This document shows, piece after piece, positions 38,787-49,207 of a stretch of 49,606 nucleotides of DNA (the stretch's first letter is position 1; every line of letters starts with the position of its first letter). Both the position numbers and the translations under genes were made by a program. This DNA comes from an uncultured bacterium. GTDB taxonomy: Bacteria > Patescibacteriota > Minisyncoccia > Phycocordibacterales > UBA9973. A model generated the notes under the pieces. The model ran no database searches. It was not told the origin of the DNA and saw only the letters and a list, made by a program, of their open reading frames with translations. The stretch covers positions 1-49,606 of the forward strand of contig CAIYVW010000043.1 of the NCBI GenBank assembly GCA_903929735.1. The letters are read 5' to 3'.

Positions 38787-40334
38787 GTGAAAGAAAATTT
38801 GGCTTTAGTTAAGACTATTTTGAAAGAACAATCTTCTATGAGGATTGTATTGAATGGTGGAAAGTATGAATTGGAAGATTCTACTATTCCATTCCAAATT
38901 GGCTTTGATTTATCAATAGCCGAGCAGAAGCCTACCCATATACTTGTGGTAGATGTAACAGAAGAATATATTATTGATTCTGCGTGTAAAGATAATTGTC
39001 AATCAGATTATAAATCTGAAAGAACAATCTTTAAGCTTGAACCGATTCATTATTTACAATTGAAAAGACCGGGTGTTCATCATCTGATTTTTATTTTGTT
39101 CAATGAGATGAATCGGAAATCAGAGAAATTCTATTTGGAAAAAAAACACTACGGTTACGAGAATGATATATATTTTAATACCATTGAAGGTATTAGATTG
39201 GATAATCAGATATCGTATGCTGAAGCAGTCGTTGATGTTCCAAAAGAATTCTTTGCTGATGAACCGGAAACAAAATTTCAGAAAGTAATTTATTCCTGGG
39301 TTAATAATTGGTACAGATTCGGACCCATAGATGAGTGCGAATACCGCAAGAGGAAAATTTTCGCATTCACTGGTAAACCACTGTTGTGGCTTTTTGGTTT
39401 AATTCCAAGAATTATGAGTTCAGTTTTCTTGCAGGCATTCTTCTTTGTTATCAAAACGATTGCATTTTTCTTTGGAGTTCAGTCTGTTTCTTTTCTTCCA
39501 AACAAGAAAAAGATTTGGATTGATTTTCTTTTAAAATATCCAATTCTTGGGTATAAGGATGTATTCAAAGGAGACTTTTGGTTTGGAAAAAGTACCGGGG
39601 GAAAAGATGATATTAACGACTATGGTTTCAAAACACTAGCTGTATGGAAATGGAGGTTTTACACACCTCTTACTCTTTGTGGAATATCTTTCTATTCAGC
39701 TTGTATTTACTATTATTTTTGCAGTGTTTATAAACTTTTTACTTCTAGTGTTGAAGGACATGCAGCTATTCTGTTGCTTACAGCTTCAACGGTAGTGGCT
39801 GTTATGACTTTATTTTTGGTTATGGTGACATTACCTTCTTGGAAGAAAGGTAAAGAATGGGAGAATAAATGGAATGTAGACCAAAAAGAAGGAAAGAAAA
39901 AAACTAGTAAAACAGCTAGCCGGATATTTTTTCCAATGATAATTGTTTTATTTTTTGCATTTATTACCCCCTACATTTCCTGGAATGATTTCAGTCAATT
40001 TATTGCTTCTTCATTCAAAATTATTGTCATTATGGTTATTATATTGGTGATATATAGTTTTTCATTAAAAATAATAGCACCTGTAATTAGCAAAAAGATT
40101 GATAAAATTAAGGAAAAGAATGCTATTTTGAGAGCAAATCTTCCAAAAGAGACAAAAGTAGACAGGGAAGAAATCAGAAAATTGGAATGGTTGAAAAAAA
40201 GCTTTGACATTGAAAAGCTTCCTGAAAGAGTAAGATTTAAAACAGCTCCTACTTCATCAAGTGTTCTTCACGAGTTTACGATCGGCTTCTGGCGGTTAAA
40301 GGCAAAAGTTTGCAAGCCTTATGCTAAAAAGTAG
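38787..40334 (+). CDS. Hypothetical multi-pass membrane protein
   Basis: 515-aa ORF with GTG start, TTGACA at 38702, terminator downstream. Confidence 0.75.
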   Translation: MKENLALVKTILKEQSSMRIVLNGGKYELEDSTIPFQIGFDLSIAEQKPTHILVVDVTEEYIIDSACKDNCQSDYKSERTIFKLEPIHYLQLKRPGVHHLIFILFNEMNRKSEKFYLEKKHYGYENDIYFNTIEGIRLDNQISYAEAVVDVPKEFFADEPETKFQKVIYSWVNNWYRFGPIDECEYRKRKIFAFTGKPLLWLFGLIPRIMSSVFLQAFFFVIKTIAFFFGVQSVSFLPNKKKIWIDFLLKYPILGYKDVFKGDFWFGKSTGGKDDINDYGFKTLAVWKWRFYTPLTLCGISFYSACIYYYFCSVYKLFTSSVEGHAAILLLTASTVVAVMTLFLVMVTLPSWKKGKEWENKWNVDQKEGKKKTSKTASRIFFPMIIVLFFAFITPYISWNDFSQFIASSFKIIVIMVIILVIYSFSLKIIAPVISKKIDKIKEKNAILRANLPKETKVDREEIRKLEWLKKSFDIEKLPERVRFKTAPTSSSVLHEFTIGFWRLKAKVCKPYAKK

Positions 40335-40361
40335 TTTAATAAACGAAAGTAATATAATTTG

Positions 40362-40395
40362 AAACCCCTACTAAGAAATTAGATTAGGGGTTTTT
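40362..40395 (+). terminator. Intrinsic terminator
   Basis: AAACCCCTA...TAGGGGTTTTT. Confidence 0.7.
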
Positions 40396-40432
40396 ATTTT
40401 ATCTAAATATCAAATTATGCTATGATATTCTC

Positions 40433-41524
40433 ATGTCAATTATAATTTTCATTGTTATTTTATTAGTTCTTGTAGTTTCTCATGAATTCGGACATTTTAT
40501 TGTTGCCAAGAAGTCTGGAATACGAGTAGATGAATTCTCTTTTGGTTTTCCTCCTAAAATTTTTGGAAAAAAGATAGGTGAGACTACTTATAATTTAAAT
40601 GCATTACCATTAGGTGGGTATGTCAAAATATTTGGAGAAAATGGTGATGATCCTTCGGTGAGTGAAGAAGACAAAAAAAGAAGTTTTACTAGTAAACCTA
40701 GATATATACAAGCAGCAGTACTTTTTGCTGGTGTTGTTATGAATTTCCTAGTAGCTTGGTTTTTACTTACAGTAGGCTTCATGTCAGGTTTACCATCTGT
40801 TGTTTCTATGGCTCCGAAAGGAGTAGAAGTAAGTAATCAACATTTAACTATTACTAGTATCGTTAAAGGAAGCCCTGCTGAATTATCAGGTCTTAAAATA
40901 GGAGATAAACTTATTAAACTTTCTACCCCAAAAGATTTTACTGAAACTCCCTCTCCTGAAAGTGTTCAATATTTTGTAAAGAAACATGTAAATGAAGCTA
41001 TTAAGGTGGATTTACTAAGAGGTCCTGAGAGTAAGGAATTAGAAGTAACTCCTAAGAATAACAAAGAAGGGAATGTAGCTATAGGTATAGCTATGGATAC
41101 GATAGGAACATTACAGTTACCTGTACATAAAGCTGTTTGGGAAGGTTTAAAACTTAGCTCTGAATTAACTGTAAGTACAGCAAAAGGATTTTATAAACTT
41201 ATAAAAGGTGCTGTGACTGGGAAGGGAGATATGTCATCGGTAACTGGTCCTATTGGAATAGTAGGAGTAGTAGGTGATGCAGCAAAGTTTGGATTTATTT
41301 ATTTACTTTCATTTACTGCTCTTATTTCTATTAATTTAGCAGTCATAAATTTATTACCATTTCCAGCTCTAGATGGTGGGAGATTACTTTTTCTCTTGAT
41401 AGAGAAAATAAAGGGATCACGTATTAAACCTGAGATTGCAAATGTTGTAAATATGGTAGGTTTTGGAATTTTAATGTTATTGATGGTAGTTATAACTTAT
41501 CATGATATTATTAAATTGATTTAA
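40433..41524 (+). CDS. rseP: RIP metalloprotease RseP (M50 with PDZ)
   Basis: HEFGH, LPLGGYV, GSPAE (PDZ), NLLPFPALDGG. Confidence 0.95.
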   Translation: MSIIIFIVILLVLVVSHEFGHFIVAKKSGIRVDEFSFGFPPKIFGKKIGETTYNLNALPLGGYVKIFGENGDDPSVSEEDKKRSFTSKPRYIQAAVLFAGVVMNFLVAWFLLTVGFMSGLPSVVSMAPKGVEVSNQHLTITSIVKGSPAELSGLKIGDKLIKLSTPKDFTETPSPESVQYFVKKHVNEAIKVDLLRGPESKELEVTPKNNKEGNVAIGIAMDTIGTLQLPVHKAVWEGLKLSSELTVSTAKGFYKLIKGAVTGKGDMSSVTGPIGIVGVVGDAAKFGFIYLLSFTALISINLAVINLLPFPALDGGRLLFLLIEKIKGSRIKPEIANVVNMVGFGILMLLMVVITYHDIIKLI

Positions 41525-41530
41525 TTAAAT

Positions 41531-41571
41531 AAAATAACCCCAATAAAGCTTTGCTTTATTGGGGTTATTTT
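41531..41571 (+). terminator. Intrinsic terminator
   Basis: AAAATAACCCCAATAAAGC-TTT-GCTTTATTGGGGTTATTTT. Confidence 0.85.
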
Positions 41572-41641
41572 GACTTTTTAGCTTTATTTTGCTTTAATCA
41601 ATTAAAGTATCATTCTAGTTATTTATTTTAAAATTAAAAAA

Positions 41642-41761
41642 ATGAGCGAAGAAAAAATTAAAGAGACAATCGATGAAAGTGTTGTCGAAGAAGATGTTAT
41701 TGAGGAAAATTATGGCCAGATTAGTACTGCAGAGGGAGAATTAGGTTCGTGTCTATACTAA
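41642..41761 (+). CDS. Small acidic peptide, 39 aa (MSEEKIKETIDESVVEEDVIEENYGQISTAEGELGSCLY)
   Basis: Hand-translated; TTGACT-17-TTTAAT at 41570-41598 upstream, terminator downstream. Confidence 0.6.
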   Translation: MSEEKIKETIDESVVEEDVIEENYGQISTAEGELGSCLY

Positions 41762-41781
41762 ATAATGACCTCTAGTTTTAT

Positions 41782-41815
41782 AGACCGGTTTTTCTTATGG
41801 ATAACCGGTCTTTTT
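41782..41815 (+). terminator. Intrinsic terminator
   Basis: AGACCGGTT...AACCGGTCT-TTTT. Confidence 0.75.
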
Positions 41816-41898
41816 GTTTACAAATCTAAAAAAGTATGATAGAGTATTAATAGCTCGCCACAAGGCGTTTTTATTTTTAACTCAAGGAGAATTTTAAT

Positions 41899-43719
41899 AT
41901 GAAATTAAATGAAATCAGAAATATAGCCATAATTGCACACGTTGACCACGGTAAAACAACTCTTACAGATCAACTAATGAAACAGTGTGGAATGGTAGAA
42001 GATGGTGTCACGATGGATTCGAATGCTCTAGAACTTGAGCGAGGTATTACTATTTATTCTAAAAATACTTCTGTTAACTATAAAGGAACTAAAATAAATA
42101 TAGTGGATACTCCAGGTCACGCTGATTTTGGTTCTGAAGTTGAGCGAGTTTTACGTGCGATCGATTCTGTATTACTACTAGTTGATGCTCAAGAAGGTCC
42201 TATGCCTCAAACAAGATTTGTTCTTAAAAAATCACTAGAATTAGGTCTTAAACCGATTGTTGTTATAAATAAAATTGATAAACCAGCAGCAAATCCAGAT
42301 CGTGTACACGAAGAAGTCCTTGAATTATTTCTAGAGTTAGGGGCTACAGAAGATCAAATAGATTTCAAAACTATTTATGCTATAGGTAGAGAAGGTAAAG
42401 CCTTTCTTAAGCTGGGTGATGATTCTAAAGACCTTACTCCTTTATTGGATTTGATACTTTCAGATGTCAAAGAGGCTTCTTCTGACTTAGATGGACCTTT
42501 CCAAGCACAAGTTTTCAACTTAGGTTATGATAATTTCTTAGGACGTTTAGCTATTGTTCGAGTTTATGCTGGATCAATAAAAACAGGCTCTCAAATTATA
42601 GTAAAAAAAGCAGATGGAACTTCTAGAAATTCAAGAATTACTAAAATGTTTACATTCGAGGGTATTGCTCGTAAAGAAGTTGATACTATAAATGTTGGTG
42701 ATATTGCTATAATTGCTGGAATTTCTGATGTATTTATAGGTGAAACTCTTTGTGATAATCTTGAGACTGTAGCTCTACCATCTATAGCTATTGATGAACC
42801 AACAATTTCTCTTAACTTTTTAGTTAACGATTCTCCTTTTGCTGGACGTGAAGGTAAATATGTAACTAGTCGTCAGATTAGAGAAAGATTAGAAAAAGAA
42901 CTTGAAATAAATGTAGGTCTTCGTATTAGTTTTGATAAACCCGATGAAGAAGAAGTTCAAGAGGGTTATTTGGTTTACGGAAGAGGAGAATTACATATTT
43001 CTATTTTACTTGAAAATATGCGTCGTGAAGGATATGAACTTCAGGTTTCTCAACCACATGTAATTATAAAAGAAGAAAATGGACAAAAGTTAGAACCTTA
43101 TGAAGAAGCAACTATAGATGTTAGAAATGATGTTTCAGGTGCTGTCATAGAAAAGCTTACAGCTCGTCGTGGAATAATTACTAGTATGCACGATAAAGAT
43201 GGAATTGTTAGAATGCTTATAGAAATTCCTACAAGAGGATTGCTTGGTTATAGAGGTCAGTTTGTTGTTGATACTAAGGGTGAAGGACTTTTAGCTTCTA
43301 GATTTATAGGTTTTAAAGAGTATGCAGGAGAGATAAAGAAAAGAGATGTAGGATCTATGTCTTCTATGGTTACAGGTAAGGTTGCTGCTTTTTCTCTTTG
43401 GACATTGCAAGAGAGAGGTATACTTTATGTTGAACATGGAGATGAAGTTTATGAAGGAATGGTTATAGGTAATGTTACAAAAGGGGATGAAATGACTGTA
43501 AACCCTACAAAAGGAAAACAACTTTCAAATATGCGTTCATCTGGTACAGATGAGGCTGTTAATGTTAAACCTCCTTATAAACTTTCTATAGAAAGAGCTC
43601 TTGAAGTTATGGCTGATGACGAATTTTTAGAAATTACTCCTAAAAATGTACGTTTAAGAAAGAAGCTTCTTACAGAACAAGACCGTTCAAAAGCTAAAAC
43701 TTCATCAGGAAAAAAGTAA
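41899..43719 (+). CDS. typA: Translational GTPase TypA/BipA
   Basis: IAHVDHGKTT, DTPGHADFG, NKID, GRGELH, NMRSSGTDE. Confidence 0.97.
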   Translation: MKLNEIRNIAIIAHVDHGKTTLTDQLMKQCGMVEDGVTMDSNALELERGITIYSKNTSVNYKGTKINIVDTPGHADFGSEVERVLRAIDSVLLLVDAQEGPMPQTRFVLKKSLELGLKPIVVINKIDKPAANPDRVHEEVLELFLELGATEDQIDFKTIYAIGREGKAFLKLGDDSKDLTPLLDLILSDVKEASSDLDGPFQAQVFNLGYDNFLGRLAIVRVYAGSIKTGSQIIVKKADGTSRNSRITKMFTFEGIARKEVDTINVGDIAIIAGISDVFIGETLCDNLETVALPSIAIDEPTISLNFLVNDSPFAGREGKYVTSRQIRERLEKELEINVGLRISFDKPDEEEVQEGYLVYGRGELHISILLENMRREGYELQVSQPHVIIKEENGQKLEPYEEATIDVRNDVSGAVIEKLTARRGIITSMHDKDGIVRMLIEIPTRGLLGYRGQFVVDTKGEGLLASRFIGFKEYAGEIKKRDVGSMSSMVTGKVAAFSLWTLQERGILYVEHGDEVYEGMVIGNVTKGDEMTVNPTKGKQLSNMRSSGTDEAVNVKPPYKLSIERALEVMADDEFLEITPKNVRLRKKLLTEQDRSKAKTSSGKK

Positions 43720-43812
43720 ATTACAACACGAATTAATTGCTATTTGACTTTATCTGATAGTAATGATATTATAAAAAAGTATAAATAATTATTAAATTAA
43801 TTTCATTAAAAA

Positions 43813-44844
43813 ATGGCAAATACTGTTACATTTAAACCTAAACAAGTTACTAAAAGAATTCTTTCAAATTTACCTCCTAGAGCATATGAGGTAGTAGTTA
43901 ATCGATTTGGACTTATAGATGATGGTGAAAGAAAAACTTTAGAAGCTATAGGTAAGAAATACGGTATTACTCGAGAGCGCGTACGTCAAATCGAGAATGG
44001 AGCTCTTTCTATGATCCGTAAAAGTGAAAGTTTTAAAGGAGAGAAAGCTGTTTTTGAAGAGTTAAAAAAGTTAATGCATACTATGGGAGCAATAGTTTCT
44101 GAGCAAGAATTTTTAAATAATTTATCTAAAGACAAAATAACACAGAATAATATACATTTGTATCTTACTCTTAGTGATGATTTTACTAAGCATAAAGAAG
44201 ATGCTCACTTTAAGACTCGTTGGAGTGTTGATAGTGATGTGTCAGATCAAGTTCATAAATCATTAAAAAATCTTTTTGAAAATCTTACAGATGATCAGTT
44301 AGTTCCTGAAGCTGAACTTGTTACTAAATTCTTGGAAGAAGTTAAAGATCTATCAGAACAATATAAAAATGAAGAGATTGCTAGAAGATGGTTATTAATA
44401 TCAAAAACCTTAAATAAAAATCCTTTAGGCGAATGGGGTAAGTCTACTTCTTCTTCTATTAAAGCGAGAGGAGTTAAAGATTATGCTTTTCTTATGATGA
44501 GAAAACATGGTTCACCAATGCACTTCAGAGAAGTAGCTAAAGCTGTCGCAAGCACTTTTGATAAAAAATGTCATACAGCTACTTGTCATAATGAACTCAT
44601 TAAGGATCCTAGATTTGTTTTAGTTGGTAGAGGAATATATGCACTTTCTGAATGGGGTTATAAGTCTGGAGTTGTCAGAGAGGTTATTAAAGAACTTTTG
44701 AAAAAGAACGGTCCTATGCTTAAAGATGATATAGTAGAACAGGTTATGAAAGAAAGATATTTGAAAAAGAATACTATTCTAGTAAACTTACAAAATACAA
44801 AATATTTTAAAAAGAATAAATCAGGATTATACACAGCTTGTTAA
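43813..44844 (+). CDS. Sigma-70 region-4 HTH fused to C-terminal winged-helix (HARE-HTH-like) domains
   Basis: TLEAIGKKYGITRERVRQIE; PMHFREV..HNELIKDPRFVLVGRGIYALSEWG. Confidence 0.75.
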   Translation: MANTVTFKPKQVTKRILSNLPPRAYEVVVNRFGLIDDGERKTLEAIGKKYGITRERVRQIENGALSMIRKSESFKGEKAVFEELKKLMHTMGAIVSEQEFLNNLSKDKITQNNIHLYLTLSDDFTKHKEDAHFKTRWSVDSDVSDQVHKSLKNLFENLTDDQLVPEAELVTKFLEEVKDLSEQYKNEEIARRWLLISKTLNKNPLGEWGKSTSSSIKARGVKDYAFLMMRKHGSPMHFREVAKAVASTFDKKCHTATCHNELIKDPRFVLVGRGIYALSEWGYKSGVVREVIKELLKKNGPMLKDDIVEQVMKERYLKKNTILVNLQNTKYFKKNKSGLYTAC

Positions 44845-44884
44845 ATAAAATTCCTCCTTTAAATTGGAGGAATTTTATTTTTTT
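44843..44884 (+). terminator. Intrinsic terminator
   Basis: AAATAAAATTCCTCC...GGAGGAATTTTATTT. Confidence 0.8.
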
Positions 44885-44902
44885 ATATGTTATAATACTC
44901 TT

Positions 44903-45007
44903 ATGTACAATAGAGGTATTACAAATATTGTAATGATAATACTGGGTATAATTTTGATAGCTATTTTGTTAGGTTTTTTTACTTCATCATCTTTACGATT
45001 ATGGTAA
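44903..45007 (+). CDS. Small membrane peptide, 34 aa, prepilin-like N-terminus (MYNRGITNIVMIILGIILIAILLGFFTSSSLRLW)
   Basis: Hand-translated; TGT-TATAAT exactly 6 nt before the ATG. Confidence 0.55.
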   Translation: MYNRGITNIVMIILGIILIAILLGFFTSSSLRLW

Positions 45008-45026
45008 ATAGATATATTTTTTAAAC

Positions 45027-46322
45027 ATGATTCAAGAATTTCTTAGTTCACACAATATAAATCTTTTACAATTATTGATTGTCTCAATAGGTTATTTGAT
45101 GCCTATTCCTTTGACCTACATAGCTCTTAATCTTTGGCATCATTATAGACAAGAGAGATTCATAATGGGTATAAAATGGGTTTTACTTGAGATACAAGTA
45201 CCTAGAGACGTTATTAAATCTCCGGCTGCAATGGAACTTATATTTACGAATGCTCTATTTCATCAAAGTAAAAAGGGTTTTTGGGAGCAATATATTCAAG
45301 GTGCTCCTTGGTTTTGGTTTTCTCTTGAGATAGTTTCTATTGATGGTAGAGTTCACTTTTTCATACGTACTCCTACAAGAATGAGAAATCTAGTAGAAAC
45401 TCAAATTTATGGTCAGTATCCTCAAGCAAAAGTTGTTGAGGTAGATGATTATGCTTTTCATGTTCCTCAGTATAAAAAAGATGGAGAATGGAATATGTGG
45501 GGGTGTGAATTTAATAAATTAAAAGAAGATTTTTTACCCATTAAAACATATAAAGGTTTTGGTGATGATATGAAGACAGGGGTAAAAGAAGAATATAAAA
45601 TAGATCCTATAACACCAGTAATAGAATATTTAGGCTCTCTACCTAAGGGTCAACAAGTTTGGATACAAATAATAGTTCGCCAGAGTATTAAGACTTATCA
45701 TAGTCATACTGGTAAACATGTAGAATTTATGGATGCTGCAGTTGAATATTTGGAAAAAATATTATTACCTTATACTAAGTTGCAAGATAGTGGAACTCCT
45801 GATGTTTTAGCGAGACAGGTCTTTTTGCCTGAGTATATTAAACCTGTAGTGACAGCTGTTACTGAGAATATGGCAAAAGTACATTTTGATTGTGGTATTA
45901 GATTAGTTGCTTTGTCTGATAATAAGCATTGTACAGAAGATCAATTCCAAAATTTACGTCGTGAGGTTCGTTTACTTTTCAGACAATATGCTCAACCTTC
46001 TATAAATGAATTAAATCGTGTTAATTCTACGCAGTTTGATGCTCCGTGGTCAGATCCTACAGGTTTGGCTTTGGTTAAGATTAAAAAAAGAATGCTAGAT
46101 TTCTATAGAATGAGAACATTTTTTCATCCTCCTTTACAATATGCTATGGATTACCCTAAGGTTTTATCTGCTCTTTTTCCTTCAAATAAGCCAAAACCTT
46201 TTGTTATATCTACTGAAGAACTTGCAACACTATTTCACTTTCCAGGTATGGTTTCAGAAACTCCTAGTTTTAAGCGTATTGAATCTAAAATCGCTAAACC
46301 ACCTTCAAATTTACCTATTTAA
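45027..46322 (+). CDS. Conserved hypothetical membrane-anchored protein
   Basis: LLEIQVPR..SPAAME, FSLEI, QIYGQYP, STEELATLFHFP; resembles N-terminal regions of CPR coupling-protein-like ATPases (from recall, unverified). Confidence 0.7.
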   Translation: MIQEFLSSHNINLLQLLIVSIGYLMPIPLTYIALNLWHHYRQERFIMGIKWVLLEIQVPRDVIKSPAAMELIFTNALFHQSKKGFWEQYIQGAPWFWFSLEIVSIDGRVHFFIRTPTRMRNLVETQIYGQYPQAKVVEVDDYAFHVPQYKKDGEWNMWGCEFNKLKEDFLPIKTYKGFGDDMKTGVKEEYKIDPITPVIEYLGSLPKGQQVWIQIIVRQSIKTYHSHTGKHVEFMDAAVEYLEKILLPYTKLQDSGTPDVLARQVFLPEYIKPVVTAVTENMAKVHFDCGIRLVALSDNKHCTEDQFQNLRREVRLLFRQYAQPSINELNRVNSTQFDAPWSDPTGLALVKIKKRMLDFYRMRTFFHPPLQYAMDYPKVLSALFPSNKPKPFVISTEELATLFHFPGMVSETPSFKRIESKIAKPPSNLPI

Positions 46323-46331
46323 TTATTTTAT

Positions 46332-47249
46332 ATGGATGATTTAAAAACAGAAATAATAACGAAGAAAAAAACTTCAGTCTTTCCTTATGTATTAGATTTC
46401 ATTTTATTGATTGGTGTTTTTTTAATATTCTTTCATTATGTATTTTCTGCCCCCTCTAGAGAGAGGGATGTGACTATTCATATAACTTCAAATGAATCCT
46501 TAGATAAGGTAGCAAAAGATTTGAAAGATTTTAAGATAATTAGATATCCTGTAGCTTTTAAAATTTTTATTACTATTTTATCTTTAGATAAGCATATCCA
46601 AAATGGAGATTATCTATTTAGTAAAGAAGATAATTTATTTAGTGTTACATGGCAGATAATAAAAGCTAATCATAAAGTAAGTAAAGTCAAAGTTACTTTT
46701 ACTGAGGGTATGACAAATGAAGATATGGCTAATGTTTTATCTGATAAAATATCAAGTTTCCGTAGGGACTTATTTTTGAGTGATCCAAGAAGTAAAGAAG
46801 GCTATTTATTCCCAGATACATATTTCTTTTATCCATTATCTACTACCGATGAAATTTTAAATGAAATGAGTTCTGATTTTAATAAGAGAATAGCCCCTTT
46901 AAACTTAGAGATAAAATCATCTGGTAAGAATTTATCACAAATTATAACTATGGCTTCGATTTTAGAGAAAGAAGCTAAAGGTAAAAATGATTCATCAATT
47001 ATTTCAGGTATTTTATGGAAAAGAATCAAATTAGGTATGCCTCTTCAAGTAGATGCCGCTCCTGTTACCTATAAAAGAAGTGATTTACCTGATAGTCCTA
47101 TAGGTAATCCAGGTTTGCTTGCTATTAATTCAGCTTTACACCCTACACCTTCACCTTATTTATTCTATTTACATGATTCTAGTGGACAAGTTCATTATGC
47201 CGAAGATTTTAGTGAACACAGAAGTAATATAGCTCATTATCTTAAATAA
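46332..47249 (+). CDS. mltG: Endolytic transglycosylase MltG
   Basis: EGYLFPDTY, MASILEKE, GMPLQVDA, PIGNPG. Confidence 0.93.
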   Translation: MDDLKTEIITKKKTSVFPYVLDFILLIGVFLIFFHYVFSAPSRERDVTIHITSNESLDKVAKDLKDFKIIRYPVAFKIFITILSLDKHIQNGDYLFSKEDNLFSVTWQIIKANHKVSKVKVTFTEGMTNEDMANVLSDKISSFRRDLFLSDPRSKEGYLFPDTYFFYPLSTTDEILNEMSSDFNKRIAPLNLEIKSSGKNLSQIITMASILEKEAKGKNDSSIISGILWKRIKLGMPLQVDAAPVTYKRSDLPDSPIGNPGLLAINSALHPTPSPYLFYLHDSSGQVHYAEDFSEHRSNIAHYLK

Positions 47250-47251
47250 TT

Positions 47252-48136
47252 ATGATATTAAAAACTAAAAAACAAAAAGACTATGAATTAATAGATTCAG
47301 GTAATGGTCAGAAACTTGAAAGATATGGTTCTTATATTTTATCGCGTCCAGATCCAGAAGCTTTGTGGAAAAAATCTTTAAGTAAAAATGAATGGGAAAA
47401 TTGTAATTTAGAATTTATAAGAAATGGAACTAAGAATAAATGGATAATTAAGAATGAAGTTCCAAATAATTGGAATATATCATATGGAGATTTAGTTTTT
47501 TCTATTCGTCCAACTTCTTTTAAGCATATCGGTATTTTTCCAGAACAATTGCCAAACTGGGAATGGATGAGGAAAATAATTACTGATTATAAATTACTAG
47601 TTAATAATGAAGAACAAAAACCTAAGGTTCTAAATCTATTTGCTTATACAGGAGGAGCTACTATGGCTTGTGCTAAAGCTGGAGCAGAAGTTTGTCATGT
47701 AGATGCTTCTAAGGCTGCTGTAGTTTGGGCTAGAGAAAATGCAGAGATATCTTTATTAAAAGATGCTCCTATAAGATGGCTAATAGAGGATGTTGTTTTA
47801 TTTCTTAAAAGAGAAATTAAGAGGGGAAGAAAATATGATGCTATTATAATGGATCCTCCATCTTTTGGTCATGGTCCTAAAGGTGAACTTTGGAAGATAG
47901 AAGAACAATTTATAGATTTAATGGATCTTTGTGGTCAAGTTTTATCTGATGACCCTTTATTTATTCTTATAAATGGTTATACTGCTGGTTATTCATCTAT
48001 AGTTTATGAAAATAATTTAGTTGATTTAATGAAAAATCACAAAGGTATTATTGAATCTGGAGAGTTAGTAATAGAAGAAACCGAAAGTAAAAAACTATTA
48101 CCTTGTGGAATATTTGCAAGATGGCAAAAAAAATAG
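47252..48136 (+). CDS. SAM-dependent methyltransferase (RlmI/RlmK-like)
   Basis: DYELIDSG..KLERYG, VLNLFAYTGG, MDPPSFG. Confidence 0.88.
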   Translation: MILKTKKQKDYELIDSGNGQKLERYGSYILSRPDPEALWKKSLSKNEWENCNLEFIRNGTKNKWIIKNEVPNNWNISYGDLVFSIRPTSFKHIGIFPEQLPNWEWMRKIITDYKLLVNNEEQKPKVLNLFAYTGGATMACAKAGAEVCHVDASKAAVVWARENAEISLLKDAPIRWLIEDVVLFLKREIKRGRKYDAIIMDPPSFGHGPKGELWKIEEQFIDLMDLCGQVLSDDPLFILINGYTAGYSSIVYENNLVDLMKNHKGIIESGELVIEETESKKLLPCGIFARWQKK

Positions 48137-49200
48137 ATAAAACTGTATTCGTTGGAGTCTCAGGAGGAGTGGATAGTTCTGTGGCTGCTGCTTTATTAAA
48201 AGAACAAGGATATAATGTCGTTGGAGTTTTTATTCGTACTTGGACACCAGAATTTATAAAGTGTACATGGAAAGAGGAACGTCGTGATGCCATGAGAGTT
48301 TGTGCTCATTTAGATATTCCTTTTTTAGAATGTGATGCAGAAGAGTCTTATAAAAAAGGAGTTGCTGATTATATGATTAATGAATATAAAATAGGTAATA
48401 CTCCAAATCCTGATGTCATGTGTAATCGTGAAGTTAAGTTTGGTATTTTTTGGGAGTTTGCAAAAGCTCGTGGAGCAGATTTTATTGCAACGGGTCATTA
48501 TGCAAGGGTATTACCAGTTATTTCTCAAGATAAATTTGAGCTCCATACCGGCTTAGATTTTTCTAAAGATCAGTCGTACTTTCTTTGGACTCTTACTCAA
48601 GATGATTTAGATCATACGATTTTTCCTGTTGGTCATTTACAAAAGATAGAAGTTAGAAAGATTGCAAATAAATATAATTTACCTACAGCAACTAAAAAAG
48701 ATAGCCAAGGTGTTTGCTTCCTTGGTCCCTTAGATATGAAAGATTTTCTAAAACATTATATAGAACCTAAGATGGGTGATGTTATAGATGAAGAGGAAAA
48801 TGTTATAGGTTCTCATGATGGAGCAACATTTTTTACTCTAGGAGAACGTCATGGTTTTACTATCAATAAAAATATAAATAATAGTTTAGCTTTATATGTT
48901 GTGTCTAAAAATATTGAAGCTAATACACTGACTGTTTCAAGTAAGAATAAATTAGAAGATTATTATTTAAATAACAATATTTCAGGTTTTAGAACTAATT
49001 GGATATTTAGCTTACCCAAAAAAGATAAAAAATATACAGCTCAGATTCGTTATCACGGGGAACTTCTAATTTGTAGTATTAAGATTTTAGAAGATAACAA
49101 ATGTCAGTTATTTTTTGATAAAAATATAATTATAGATAAGGGTCAATCCATTGTATTTTTCGATAAAGATAATTGCCTAGGTGGGTGTATTGTGGGATAA
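48121..49200 (+). CDS. mnmA: tRNA 2-thiouridylase MnmA
   Basis: SGGVDSSV, TPNPDVMCN, ATGHY, KDQSYFL, DSQGVCF; ATG 48121 preferred. Confidence 0.96.
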   Translation: MAKKIDKTVFVGVSGGVDSSVAAALLKEQGYNVVGVFIRTWTPEFIKCTWKEERRDAMRVCAHLDIPFLECDAEESYKKGVADYMINEYKIGNTPNPDVMCNREVKFGIFWEFAKARGADFIATGHYARVLPVISQDKFELHTGLDFSKDQSYFLWTLTQDDLDHTIFPVGHLQKIEVRKIANKYNLPTATKKDSQGVCFLGPLDMKDFLKHYIEPKMGDVIDEEENVIGSHDGATFFTLGERHGFTINKNINNSLALYVVSKNIEANTLTVSSKNKLEDYYLNNNISGFRTNWIFSLPKKDKKYTAQIRYHGELLICSIKILEDNKCQLFFDKNIIIDKGQSIVFFDKDNCLGGCIVG

Positions 49201-49207
49201 TATGTAT

